Assembly: GCA_964016885.1 (NCBI GenBank)
Contig: OZ024742.1
Location: forward strand, 309,194,001-309,258,000
DNA from: Eledone cirrhosa
Lineage: Eukaryota
DNA length: 64,000 bases
Reading direction: 5' to 3'
The notes beneath the pieces were generated by a model. The model was not told the origin of the DNA and searched no databases. It was given only the letters and a program-made list of their open reading frames with translations. Shown here piece by piece: positions 40,001-53,119 of the stretch (position 1 is its first letter; each line of letters starts with the position of its first letter). The translations under genes and the position numbers were made by a program.

Positions 40001-40879
40001 TCATGGGGATTCAAGTTTTAAAAAAGCCTTGGCCAAATTTGTCTTCTAGCATATACCACATAGTGAGTTGAAAAACTTTAATGAAATGAGGTCATCCTTG
40101 CAATTTGTGATACAATCTCCCTCTAAAAACAAACAAAGATAACTCTAATAAGATCAGTTGATCAGAATTTTGAACATTTAGTTTTCAAAACCAATTGATG
40201 AGCACAATGGACATGTTACTGCATTATTAGACCTCCTCAGCAAAATATGTTGGCAAGAAATATAGTAGGGTACAAGAAATACAGTACGATACTAAATAGA
40301 TATATAATAGGGTACTAATTAGATATATAATAGAATATTCAATAGAAATATAGTAGGGTACTAAATAGAAATATAGTTGCACTGGTGCCACAAAATATGC
40401 AGCCAGTTCACCCTGCAAGGTGATTGGTGATAGGAAGGACATCCAACCACAGAAAACTTGTGAAACAAAGAGTAGAGAGAACTCTTTAGTTGTATCAAAG
40501 ACAGGACAAGTGCTCATAGTGCTGGTGACACCATACACTTGTTCAATCCTTGCTAGTAAGGAAAGAAGACATAAATGATGATTTGGCAGAGTAGTCATAG
40601 ATTTAGAGAAAGATGGTAAGGTGTGTCAAAACAGGAACTTCCATTAAGTTACATGACTTGCTAACTAGCCTACATCCAAGTAAAATCCATCTGATTAATA
40701 ATGAAGGCCACAGTCTCTAAATTCTCACCAAATATGAAATAGTCCCTTCAATAGATAGTTTAAGACCATTGTATCGCAAACCCACACACAAACATACATA
40801 CACATGCTCACATACAAACATATATATACATGCACCACATACACACACATTCACACAAGACACGAAACACACACAACCC

Positions 40880-41160
40880 ATGGAACCACACAGCACAGAT
40901 CAGTGAGTGACAATAATATTTTAAGTGACCTTCTCAATCACAAAACCTTATCAGTGACCTACTCCCCCCCCCTCGCCCCACCAACTTCTCTAACATATGT
41001 GGAGAATCACAATGTATCTTACTACTGACTTTTATCACTTTAACACACTAATATATGTTTTAGATAAACACACACCACACTACACCTCCACCAAACACTA
41101 CTTATCATTCACCACCCACGTACTATCTACCCATCTTTTACATACACACACAGCTACATG
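40880..41160 (+). pseudogene. Possible Penelope-like ORF relic
   Basis: NNILSDLLNHKTLSVTYS...YVENHN resembles the PLE linker motif (L..IFN..T..ISYS...N...II..HN). Weak. Confidence 0.3.
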
Positions 41161-42272
41161 CAATCATGCACCCACATACATACATGCATACACATACATA
41201 CATGTATACACATACAAACATGTTTACATACATATACACTTACCAAGAACACACATATACAGACAAAACAAAACTCCTACATGTGCTTCATCTATACCTA
41301 AACATGCCTTCTATATGTACACACATACCTGCCATGTACAGACAGACTTACATGTACACATGCCTCCCATGTACGAGCATGACTCATACATGTAAACACA
41401 TGCTTCCCATGTGCACACATGGCACCTACATGTATACACCAGCCTCCCATATACAAACATACTTCCCAAGTACAAGTATGATTCCTACATATTCACACCT
41501 GCCTCTCATATACAAGTATGACTCCTACACATACACACAAAGGTCTGACCCAAATGCTTGCAACAGAGTAAGCCCAGCTAATGACACCCAAGGATTAGGT
41601 GGTAATGTTAAACTGGGCAATGGATTATGTCTACTACATAACTCAAAATGGAAAGATCCAAAACAAATACTACAAAGTTTCTCATCTGACACTAACAGTT
41701 CTGCTAATCCAACCTCCTGGACTAGTATTTTATTAACAATGAAAGGATAAAAAGCAAAGTTTATATTGGTGGGATTTGAACTCAAAACACAGAGAGCCAA
41801 CTCCGCTAATTCATCACTTAGAATTAGAATGTGTACTCAGTCATAAAAAAAAAAGAAGAAAAATGACATCTAGTCCAAAATTTTAGATATTTCCTTCTTA
41901 GACAGTAGCCTAACATACTTCATTAGGTTGTATAGCAAGCCTGTCCCAGCCATGTCATCACAGAATAGAAACAGGCAGGGCGTAAACAAACCAATAAAGA
42001 GAGCTTCTATATGGCTGATCAACCTGTTAGAAATACAAACCACATCACCATCAAATCACACACAATCTTTAAAAAATACAAACATAATGGATAATGTAAT
42101 TCCAGATACAATAGAATGGAAAAAAAGGAGGGGGAGTTTACAATTGCACTTTCATAGGTCTGTTCAATCTGCCCTCTCCCAGGGCTAGACAATAAGATAT
42201 AAAGCTGATGATTACCATGGTGGGTTATTTCTTTCATTTTGGACACTTTACTAATCACTTCTGATTTGAATT

Positions 42273-42449
42273 ACTGTATATACTTGAATATAAGCCAATC
42301 AAAATATAAGCTATCTTATGTCTGAGAAATAGGCAAAAATCTAAACCCCGTTTATAAGCCAAAGCAGCTAATCAACACATTATGTTTAGATTTTTACCAT
42401 CAATTTTTTTGTCACATATTTCTCGGTTTATATACGAGTATATAAGTAG
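42273..42449. mobile_element. pogo/Tc2-like MITE
   Basis: tactgtatatacttgaatataagcc...cggtttatatacgagtatataagta imperfect TIRs with TA flanks. Confidence 0.65.
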
Positions 42450-43744
42450 TACTGGTGCCACAACAGGGCTGGTGCCATAACAGGGCTGGTGCTAAAATAT
42501 AAATGCACTCATTACACCCTGTAGAAATAATGCCAAATATGGAACGTAGAAAGAGGACAAAAAAAACTAAGATTGTAATGGTGATTGGAAATTTCTGTTC
42601 TTAAAATTTGAAGATAAAGAGAGAAGAAGAAAAAAAAAAGTGAAAAAAATATGTGAGGAACATCTATGCGATTTTTTAACAAGAAAAAAAAAAAAAAAAC
42701 TATTTTACCATTTATTGTCATGGCTTGTCCCAGCCAGAAGTCCAAGATTTGTCCCCATCTCACAACACGTCTACAACACATCAGGCTTTACTTAAAAAAC
42801 AGAAAATCTATACAGAACTGACAACACTGAGAAATAAGTAGAACAAATAATGTAGGTAGATCTAATTATCTACGCAGGATAATCTCATAGTGGAAAAGTC
42901 TCATGATATGGAAATGTTGCATTCTCTCAAACCAATAACTATTGGAATGTAACTTAGAAAGACTGAAGATAATTCTTGAAGCTCTAGGCGACACAAATAA
43001 TATTGATAATAATAATATTAATTTATTTGCCACGAGGGTAATATCAAAAGTCTAACATGAGAAAGAAAACATATTTTATGGACATGTCTTCCTTTATTTG
43101 AATTTTTATGAGGGGGAGGGGGCATTATAAATTATTTTAAACAACATGCATGTGTGTGTTTCAATGCATGGGTATGTGTAAGATATATATACACACACAT
43201 ACACACCACCATACAGCAGTTACTTGTGTATAGAGTGCATTATAGTATTGAGGGCATGGTTTTATAAGAGGATAAGAGTAACAAGCCACAGGTCTGTGCA
43301 TGAAGTAACTGGTTATATATTGAGAGAGAGAAGGGAACAGTCTGGTGTGAAAGGAAAATCTGTCTGCAATTATGCACACGTGTGTATGTGTGTGCGCACG
43401 CGTGCGCGCGCGCTAAATATCACATCTCTTTATACTTTATATCTTTCCAGACTAGCATGGGTTGGACGAGAGGAAAATCTGTCTAATTATGCACACTTGT
43501 GTGTATGTGTGCTAATTATCACATTACATTATACTTTGTATCTGCTTTCCAGACTAGCATCAGTTGGACAGGTAATCATGATCCAAGACCAGATAGGTCA
43601 AAACTACCTCGCCTTGCTCATATGTTCCATATTTAGCATGGATTCTATGGCTGGATGCCCTTCCTAAAGTCAACCGTTATGAAGTGTAATGGGTGAGGTT
43701 TTCCATGGTACCAGCACCACCACTTTATATATTTGTGTCAATTC

Positions 43745-43900
43745 TGTCATCAGACATACTGTATTATAGATGTTTCTGTCATGGGATATACTGTATTATA
43801 CATGTTTCTGTCATGGGATATACTGTATTATACATGTTTCTGTCATCAGACATACTGTATTATACATGTTTCTGTCATCAGACATACTGTATTATACATG
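43745..43900. repeat. 32-bp minisatellite
   Basis: Unit tgtcatcagacatactgtattatacatgtttc, about 5 copies. Confidence 0.88.
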
Positions 43901-44274
43901 TGTATGGTATATAGTAGCATTGGTGTATATTAACATTGGTGCACAGCAACAATACAGTTAACACAAGTGCACAATTGCACTGCAATTAACGGTGATGCAC
44001 AGCAACAATACAGTTAACACAAGTGCACAATTGCACTGCAATTAACGGTGATGCACAGAAACACTGGTGCACAGTAACTTTGGTAAACAGTTGCAATGCA
44101 ATTAACAGTGGTGCACAACAACAGTGCAATTAACATTGTATAATAATGAGTAAATATAAACGTCATTAAATGAAAACAAAATAATATATAGAAAGATTAA
44201 AAAAATTAAATATAACAATCTGGTGTTGGAAAGAAGTAATTTGATAAAGGTATCTAATTCCTTTAGAAAGGAAG

Positions 44275-44520
44275 GGGGTGTAGGATGGAGAGGAGGGGTG
44301 GGTGGTGAGGGAGGGAGGTGGTGGCGGGGGAGGGTGGTGGCGAGGAAGGGTGGTGGCGAGGAAGGGTGGTGGCGAGGAAGGGTGGTGGCGAGGGAGGGAG
44401 GTGGCGAGGGAGGGAGGTGGCGAGGGAGGGAGGTGGCGAGGGAGGGAGGTGGCGAGGGAGGGAGGTGGCGAGGAAGGGTGGTGGCGAGGGAGGGAGGTGG
44501 CGAGGGAGGGAGGTGGAGAG
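44275..44520 (+). repeat. G-rich purine tandem repeat (gggagggaggtggcga / ggaagggtggtggcga)
   Basis: 16-17-nt G-run units. Explains the GGR/PPS-rich ORFs at 44102-44659. Confidence 0.9.
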
Positions 44521-45515
44521 AGAGAAATGGTGTCAACCTAAATAATATAATCAATAAGGTAAACTGATAAGAGAATGTACACATACATGCAAACACACAC
44601 ATATACACACATGCATACACATACATGTACACATGACACATACATACAGACATGCACACCCAAACACATGAACTTTAATTTATCTCTATCTTTTCTGGTT
44701 TTGTTCTTAAGAAGTGTGGCTTATAGCAAATGTTATTGTTGTTTAACACCAAGTCACCTCTGAGTAAACCTATATTCAAAGGTGTTCCAGCCATGACCAC
44801 TGTCTTCTTGGACATATCTAGAACTATGTTACCCATTGTAGCCCAAGATATACAATGGTGGTCATTGTTTTTGTGGGGCTTGTGGTGGTGGTGGTGGTAG
44901 TAGTGTTGGTGGTGGTAAAGGTTGTGGCAATTGTGGTACCAGTGGGGGTACTCATGGTGGTCAAAGTGGTAGTGGTGGTGGTGCTAGTAGTGGTGATAAT
45001 GGGAATGGTCATTGTACTAGTGGTGGCAATGCTGCTACTGCTGGTAGTAGTGATGGTGGTTTACATCAGCCCCATATTGCATATCTAAGGCAGTCCTTCC
45101 CCAGCTATAGTCATTGTAAGATTGATATTCAGCAGAACTAGACATGTAGCATTTGTTAATCATAAAGTGTTCCCACTGCCTTAAAGAATAAAAGCAGCAA
45201 TACCCCTATTTACAATTAGTGGACTCAGCCATAGCAAGGTGTCTTGTCTGTGAACATTGTCAGTGGTAGCAGAAGCGGAATACAAATCACTGAGTCTTTC
45301 AACACCTGTGAAGCCATCTGTGACCAAGTGAACTAACTACAAACAGTGGCTACGGTGATTTTCTTACAACTTGAATTCACAGAACAAATGTTAAGTTTCT
45401 CCATATATGGGCAATGAACTGTCCAGGTATGCAGAAACAAGATAGAAGTAGTTTAAAACTTCAAACTATCAGTGTAAGAGATAGGTAGATAAGTAAGAAG
45501 ACAGGTGTCTGAGTT

Positions 45516-45581
<66 letters not shown>

Positions 45582-45585
<4 letters not shown>

Positions 45586-46040
45586 ATAAATGTAATCTGA
45601 GTTTTTCAAATATTAATAATAACATTTGATTCGTTTGCAATTATGCAAACAAGCCACAATTTTATAGCCATGTCAGTAGAATGAACACTTCATTCTTGCT
45701 CTTGTGTTGGCATGCGAACAGAACTGCAGTCTGCTAACATGCAAATCAGGCCAATCAGGCACTGTGTATTTTTGAAAATAGCATATATTTTCACTAGCTC
45801 TGACAGTTTGGCAGGTGAACAGAGAGCTGTACTGATGAAGGGTGGTACCCAGAAACATTAGTGTCTACAGTTCTGTTCGCATGCCAACACAAGAGCAAGA
45901 ATGAAGTGTTCATTCTACTGACATGGCTATAAAATTGAGGCTTGTTTGCATAATTGCAAACGAATCGAAAGTTATTAATATTCGAAAAACTCAGATTACA
46001 TTTATTGTAGTCAGGCATGTAGAGCGAAATTTTCTTTTAT
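45582..46040 (+). mobile_element. Penelope-like non-coding element: pLTR with inverted 5' copy
   Basis: Inverted arms 45582-45729 and 45865-46009, a ~135-nt spacer holding a hammerhead motif, and insertion at a (CT)n(AT)n microsatellite. Confidence 0.78.
45817..45878 (+). ncRNA. Type I hammerhead ribozyme (PLE-type minimal HHR)
   Basis: GAACAGA-ga-GCTGTA [CTGATGA] a-GGGT ggt ACCC-a [GAAA] C-A ttag T-G [TC] cleavage, then TACAGT-TCTGTTC. 13-bp stem I with a 2-nt bulge, 4-bp stem II, short stem III. Predicted cleavage after C45865. Confidence 0.8.
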
Positions 46041-46074
46041 ACATATATAATGTATATATATTTTTTTTCATTTC

Positions 46075-46385
46075 ATTTTCATTTTACGTCCACTTTTTCC
46101 CTGCTTGCAAGGGTGATACAGGAACTGATTCTGGCTTGATTTCTACAGCTGGATGCCCTTCCTAACACAAACCTCATTTACAGTGAGTGCTGGGTGCTTT
46201 TTTACCGTGGTGCCTCCACGACCACTTTGCAGTGGAATGATATGTACCCCAGTCCCTATCATCTCATTTCTACAGCTGAGTAAACTGGAGCAATGTGAAA
46301 TAAAGTGTCTTGCTCAAGGAAACAACACATCACCCGGACTGAGAATTGCAAGGCCAAGCTCTAACCACTAAGCCATGTGCCTCCA
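46075..46385 (-). mobile_element. tRNA-headed SINE with RTE-type tail
   Basis: Minus strand starts gaggcacatggcttagtggttagagc (A-box) and ends in the RTE 3'UTR sequence. Confidence 0.8.
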
Positions 46386-46734
46386 CATATATATAGTATC
46401 TATGAGCAACAATAAATCTCCATAAAGAAAGGACAAGAAAACAAAAGGGGAACATACAGAAATATGTAAAATCATTGATGCTTTTTTTTCTTTACAGATT
46501 TCACTGAATAGTAACAAAAGATCAACATCAGCACCAATATCATCATTATTTTACATCTGATTTCATGCTGACATGGATTGGACAGGTTGTCATGAACCAA
46601 CCCATCTTGCTCATATGTTCCAAATTTGGTATGGTTTGTATGGCTGGATGCCCTTCCTAACACCAACCACTTTAGAGTGTACTGGGTGCATTTCCAGGGT
46701 GTACTGGGTTCATTTTATTGTGGCACCAGCACTA

Positions 46735-47020
46735 GAGATGAATCAGATGTAGAGTAAAAGAGAAAAGACAGAACTGGTATCGGCATGTGATGTGATGGAT
46801 GATGGTCGTTAGGTAAAGAAGTGCCAAGAAATCCTTGTGGAAGGTAGCTGCAGTACAGGAAGACCAAGGAAGACATGAGCAAAGGTGGTGAGAGCTGATC
46901 TCAAATCGCTGAAGATAACAGAGGAGGTGATGAAGGAATGCAATGGTTGGAAGTATGCTGTACGGGAGTAGATTTGTCAATTCATCCAAGTATGGAAAGG
47001 TGGATTTAAAATGATGATGT
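46735..47020 (+). pseudogene. Degenerate RTE 3' fragment
   Basis: Remnant W.RHV...VKKCQEI.VEGSC..GRPRKT. Confidence 0.6.
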
Positions 47021-47494
47021 AATATGCACTGAATTATTAAATATAGTTGCATAAATTACACAGTATCATAATAAATGTGGATTTGTACACTTAGATAACC
47101 TATATCAATACACTAGAGTATAAGAACATCATAAAGAGCAGGAAGAGTTGAAGAAAGTAATAAAAAAATAAGAGAAACTGAACAAGAGATAAACATGGGA
47201 GGGAAGAACAGAAGAGGGAGTGGTAAGAGGAGACATGAGTGAAAGAAGAGGTAGGTTAGAAGAGTGAGAGAGGAATAAGTGGCAGGATAAGAAGTGAAAT
47301 ATGAGTGTGAGGAAGAAGAAGGAATATTAGTTGGGGAGGAGAACCAGAAGGAAAAGCAAGAATGAATTGTTTAGAAAGTAGAAGCACAAACATTTTTGTG
47401 GCTATAGCAATTGAACTGCAACACAACACCATTCTATCCCATTACACTTCTAGCTTCTCATATAATCTTCTGCTTCAAAGACTAACATATATAG

Positions 47495-47935
47495 CATCAT
47501 CATCATTTTTACGTCCATTTTTCCACACTTGCATAGGGTTGGACGGGTCCTCCTTCACACAGCACATTCCTTCGTCATCTCCTCTGCGGGTCTCAGTGGT
47601 TTGAAGTCAGTTCTGACAACCTCTGCCCAGGTCTTTCTTGGTCTACTACTGCAGCTTCCTTCCTCAGATTTTCTAGCACTTCTTCACCCAGCGATCATTG
47701 TCCATGCACATTACATGCCCATACCAATGCAGTCTTCTCTCCAGCACACCACCTTGGATTCCTCTTAAACCCAGCTTCCCCCTCAACTTGTCCAAGCTCT
47801 GCTTTCTCTCCAGTCTACGTATGTCCTCTGCAGTCATAGCCCCTGTTTCACTACCATGCAGCATCACACTTTGCAAACCAGTGTTACAGAATTCTAGGAG
47901 CCTCAATCCCCCTTCATTTCTTGAGCTATAACCAT
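47495..47935 (-). pseudogene. RTE 3' fragment
   Basis: MLHGSETGAMTAEDIRRLER..ERRLHWYGHVM..WVKKC, with a (GAT)n tail. Confidence 0.82.
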
Positions 47936-49208
47936 AGACACTGTGTACTCTACTAAATCTGTCCTAGTATTCCTCCATATGTCCATTGAAATTGCCTGCC
48001 ATGATGAGGGCACTTTTATCAGTACCTGTCTGTAAAAGAATTACTAATTAATGTCAAATAATATATTCTATATTCTCATATACATATCGTTTGCATTTAT
48101 TCAAATTACAAATCATACATAATTTTTTTTCCCCAACCACATACTTCCCTACCCCTAATTCTATTCGAGTGTAAAATCTATTATTGGACCATTAAAATAG
48201 TAATAGATTACAATACAATACAAGCATTTTAAGGCTATTTTCTACGTGTGGAGGGAGAAGGACGCATCTACCATCTCCCCTTCGTCCTATCCCATCATTA
48301 AACCCCTCGCCCTCATCTCCTCCTTTATCACCATTGGTCATATCTTTCTGAGCCTACAGCTTCTACATCTTTCCACATTCATTTCCATCACACTATTTAC
48401 CCAACTGTCATCTATATACATCACGCCTGTACCAGCTCAGCCTACCCTCTTGCTCACATTTGGTTCCTCTTAAACCCAGTTTTTCGTTGAGCTCTCTTGG
48501 GCTTACAATTCAATCACAGAAGCATTGGACATCTAGCAGTGCATGCTTGCTCCAGTCTTCACACATCCTCCATATTAAATGTTCAGATTTCGTTATCAAG
48601 CCTTCACACACAAGCCTCATGCAATCCTTGATGTGAAAAAGAAAACCTTTTATTTTCTCTGTAGGAGTAATAGTTCCCTGAACTTTAGCCAGTCCATTCT
48701 TATTCTTTTGGAACACTTTCCTTCACTGCTAATTAGGTCACCTAGATAACAGAAGCTATCAACTACTTCTAAGGAGAGCGATCTATGAGAATTAAAAAAA
48801 TTATTTCACGAGTGATCTTACTGTTAACTATTCTAGTACATCTACATACAAAGTATTCCTTCTGTGACCTTACTGCACCTCTTGCACACAATATGGAATT
48901 TCAACACGACATACACTTTATCTACATATCAATCAAGCTTGACCACATCTCAGATGGCAGTAGAAACCTGTCTTCTTTCTTAATAACTAAGTTTTGTTTT
49001 TGCTGTGTTTACTTCAAGACATCTCAATTCTAGGTATTGCTCTCAGACTGAAATTTCTTTACTTCAGCTGTGAGAGATTAAGTTAAGAATTCTAGATCCT
49101 CACCATATATAATTTCTTAACACAATGTTATTGATACAATAGATTTGAATATCAAAAACATACAACTTATAAAATCAACCAGATGGAAAAAGAGAGCATT
49201 ATTTCCAT

Positions 49209-49398
49209 GGCGGTGAATTGGCAGTATCGGTAGAGGGTCGGACGCCATGCTTTCCAGCATAGTTACGTCCCTTAACGATCTGAGTTCAAATCTCGCCGAG
49301 GTTGACTTTGCCTTTCATCCTTACGGGGTCGATTAAATAAAGTACCAGTAATGCACTGGGTAATTGCTGGCCTTGTGCCTAATGTAGAAACAATTATT
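49209..49398 (+). mobile_element. Deu/Nin-like SINE, short subfamily, full length
   Basis: A and B boxes plus core. Nearly identical to 9342-9530. Confidence 0.9.
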
Positions 49399-49610
49399 TC
49401 CAGTAGAACTATATTATGGCAATATACATTTTGTATTTGTCAGCAAACCCCTCTCTTGAGAGAGAGATAGATATACACACAGAAGCTAAAATGCTTGCCG
49501 CCACGGTCGGGATTTTGTATGTGGTGTGCGTGCGTGTGTCTGATGGTAGCTAAGATGCTTCCGTAGGCGGTATGCCAGTTGAGCACTATGCTCTTACAGA
49601 GCAGAGTATG

Positions 49611-49714
49611 ATATAATATAAAACGAAAAATCAAGCTGTCCGCCGGCGAAACAATTGTAACACACAATAAATTGAGTTCAGATGCATCACTGATTTTTCG
49701 TTTTATATTATTAT
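49611..49714 (+). mobile_element. Second Penelope-like pLTR remnant with short inverted tail and partial hammerhead
   Basis: taatataaaacgaaaaatca (49614-49633) is inverted against tgatttttcgttttatatta (49691-49710). ggcGAAAC-aatt-GTA-acacac is the 3' half of a HHR with palindromic stem III. Confidence 0.55.
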
Positions 49715-50254
49715 ATATATATATATATATATATATTAAAAGGAAAATAATAATACAGGTGCAGGCAGTCATATGGTTTATACACTAGTTTCATAACAAC
49801 ATGAATCTAGGTTGAAGTTAACAGTACACCTTGGTCTTTTATTATAGTCTCAGTTTTGACAAATGAAAAAAAGTGATTATATATATATATATAAGTTGAC
49901 GGGACTAATATGGGTTTCACTGCTAGTACCGGTTGCATCTTAGCATACTCAATAGTTATGTTATGTAGACTCCCACAGTAGACACAGTTATTCACTTCAA
50001 TACAACTCACGTAAATGGGTACCTTCAATCTATACTCGTACTCGAGTTTAGGCTATACTTAATGCATGTAGCATGCTTTTGCTAAGAGTTTTATGAGCCC
50101 ATGCAGTCGTGAGCACACACAAACAGACACCCTCTCAATCCTTCTTCGCTTGATCCAGCAGAGCATCAAAGATGTGACAACTGGAAGGAGAGAGGGCTGC
50201 ACCACAACAGGACTGATGCTTTCTTTACCACCACCACCACACCCCTCTCTCTCT

Positions 50255-50308
<54 letters not shown>

Positions 50309-50489
50309 GGTGGATTGGCAGTATCAGTAGAGGGTCAGACACCATGCTTTCCAGCATAGTTACGTCCCTTAACGATCCGAGTTCAAATCCCGCCGAGGTT
50401 AACTTTGCCTTTCATCCTTACGGGGTCGATAAAATAAAGTACCAGTAATGTACTGGGTAATTGCTGGCCTTGTGCCAAAAAGAAACAAT

Positions 50490-50491
<2 letters not shown>
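50309..50491 (+). mobile_element. Deu/Nin-like SINE, short subfamily
   Basis: Family match, flanked by (TA)n and (CA)n. Confidence 0.88.
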
Positions 50492-50534
<43 letters not shown>

Positions 50535-51725
50535 ATTGATGTCTATGTTTGTGTTTATTAGTACAGTGAGTCATGTCCTCTTACATCAGAAGGTAATTTA
50601 GCTGTTCAATAACTAGAGATCGTTAAAATAAGTACCATGTTGAAAATACACATTGTGGTCGATATAAATAAACAAATAAGTGTAAAATTTGAAAAGGATT
50701 TTTTATTTATCTCTTAATCTCTACTCCACTTTACCACACTCACTCCATGTACCTTCACTCACTCTACTCTGCCCAACCTCTATTTCACACTACCCCAACT
50801 CACTCCACCACAACCCACCTCTACTCAATGCTACCTCCTACTTACACCCTAGCCCATCTCTACTCCACTCCATTTTGTCCATTTCTTATTCAAAAAGTAA
50901 ACAATTGTTGGCACTTTTCGTTGTTTCTCTTTTGTTTGTTGTTGTTTTCTGTCTGTTATCCAAGTATATATTTTAAATTTAAATCAACTGTTAAGATTTT
51001 CAAAATAAAATATTAGACATTATACAAACAAATTTATGAAAAGAGCAACACACTTGCTCTTTCATGTTCAAAACTTGTGTTTACAATGCCAAATGTTATT
51101 TGCAATCAATTTTATTTTAACAATCTAATTCATTTAATAGTTAAAATGACAGTTGATTAAACACATACACACACATGTACATAATTTCAAACCTGAAATA
51201 ATAGATTGATGTAATCTAACTCTTTGATTAGACAAAATTCTAAAAGAAGGAACAAATTAAAAAGAAAAGAATTTTCTTTTTAGAATAGTAAAAACTGCTC
51301 AATCAGAAAGACTAGACAGCAAGACTTGCAAGAGTTAGAAAAAATTACAGAATAATATTTATCCAAGAATGAAGAACTGATTCTGAAAGCAAAGGAGAAA
51401 ATAATCAGAATAATAAGGTTTTTGACTTGCTTGTCATTTGAATATATTAATCAAGCCATACATTGATAAATCAAAGAACAGCTCCACAATCTCCATATTG
51501 GAAAAGCATGAAAGATGAATATTTGAAAAATAAAATAAACTTGGTTCCAAAGAGGAGGAGATATGTATAAAAACATTCTTTTCTTCTTTTTAAGGAAATT
51601 TATCAAAACCTTAAACAAAACACTAGAACTACAGAAGATACTAAACAAAATATTTTACCCATTCATTACTATATTTCTAATGGCTTAATTAATAAAGAAT
51701 TTGGAGGGATTAACTAAAATTATTA

Positions 51726-51830
51726 TTTCGTTATTAAGATCATGTTTGTTATATAACTTAACAAAAGGTTCTTATATTTCGTTATTAAGATCATGTTTGT
51801 TATATAACTTAACAAAAGGTTCTTATATTT
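51726..51830. repeat. ~52-bp tandem duplication
   Basis: ttcgttattaagatcatgtttgttatataacttaacaaaaggttcttatatt occurs twice. Confidence 0.85.
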
Positions 51831-51927
51831 AACTCTTTAGGATTTACATTATATATACTATTGTATTTTTGTAGAAAAAAATGTTGAGTAATACTCGTTA
51901 GCCTATCATAGAGGAACATTTCAGTAC

Positions 51928-52152
51928 TTAACCCTTTAGCATTTACATTATTCTATATTTACTATTGTATTTTCACAGAAAAGGCTTTACCTCACATGAT
52001 TGTCCCACATAATATCGAATCTATGAGATTTTGATATTTATTTTGAGAACAGTACCTTAAAGTCAGTATGAGGGGCCAGTTATAGCCAATTTGAACAGAA
52101 AGAGGCGAGAGAATTCTGGTCGGATATGGCTGGTTTAAATGCTAAAAAATTA
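51928..52152 (+). mobile_element. piggyBac-like TTAA MITE
   Basis: TTAAccctttagcattta...taaatgctaaaaaaTTAA. Confidence 0.75.
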
Positions 52153-53119
52153 ATTTTTCAACAAATAAATATCAGTAATCAAATAGATTATCTGGTTAAA
52201 ACTTTTCAGCTGTATTATATACTATTCCTAGTTTCCAAGTTTTTTTTGTTTTTTTTTGTACATAGCCACCGAAATACATTTTTTAAAAATCACTTTTATG
52301 CCTAACAGAATGAAGATTGGCAGATACATTTGCTTTCATTCATGCCTGACTACATGGCACTGTTGTAGCGTATCGAAAATGAACATAAAATTATGCTGAT
52401 ATATCCCTGCATGTTGACCTCAAGAAGGACATCTGGCCATAAAACACAACTTTAAAATATCCATCTAATCCATGTCAGCATGGTAAAGTGATGTAAGGTT
52501 CAAAAGCTTAGCTTGTGGTCTCATGACATTAAATAATTGAGATCTTTACATCACATTAGGCTATTGTAAGTGATATTTTTAGAAGACATGCTGTCTTTTC
52601 TCTACAGTAAAATGAATTGCAGCCTGCAGTTTATAGTATTTAATATCCTGTCTGCAAAATCTATTAAAAATCTACAGTCTAATTGTACTCAATTCTACTC
52701 AATAACTATGAATCTAATAAGCTTATCTACTTAGGCATTTTTCCTCTATGCACATCCATAGTTATAAGCAGACACCTGTAAGTATAATTCTTTAAAATAT
52801 GGTCGATATTTTGAAATATTTTTTTTTTTTACATATGCTTAAAAACAGTTTTTATTTATATGAAATTGTGTTTTTCTTTTTTTTTGCTATTTTTTTGTTT
52901 GTACTTTTTTCAAACAGAAAACCAAAGATTTACAGGGGAGAATAAATGGTGAGTTATCACCCTTTTCATTTCTTTCTTAGGCATTAGCAATGGATTAAAT
53001 GTTTCTCTAACTGACTTGAATGTATATACCACAAAATCAATTTTCAACACACATTTAGCACAAACATTAACTAACAAGGAGTTGCACAAGATGCAAATAA
53101 GTATATATAGTCATTTATA

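Noticed and set aside
44102-45088. Pro/Gly/Arg-rich and poly-Val/Thr ORFs
   Set aside because: Translations of G-rich tandem and (GTG)n low-complexity DNA.
49895-49955. Minus-strand ctaagatgc...gcagtgaaac...gtc resembling a HHR
   Set aside because: Core lacks CTGANGA and there is no convincing stem I.
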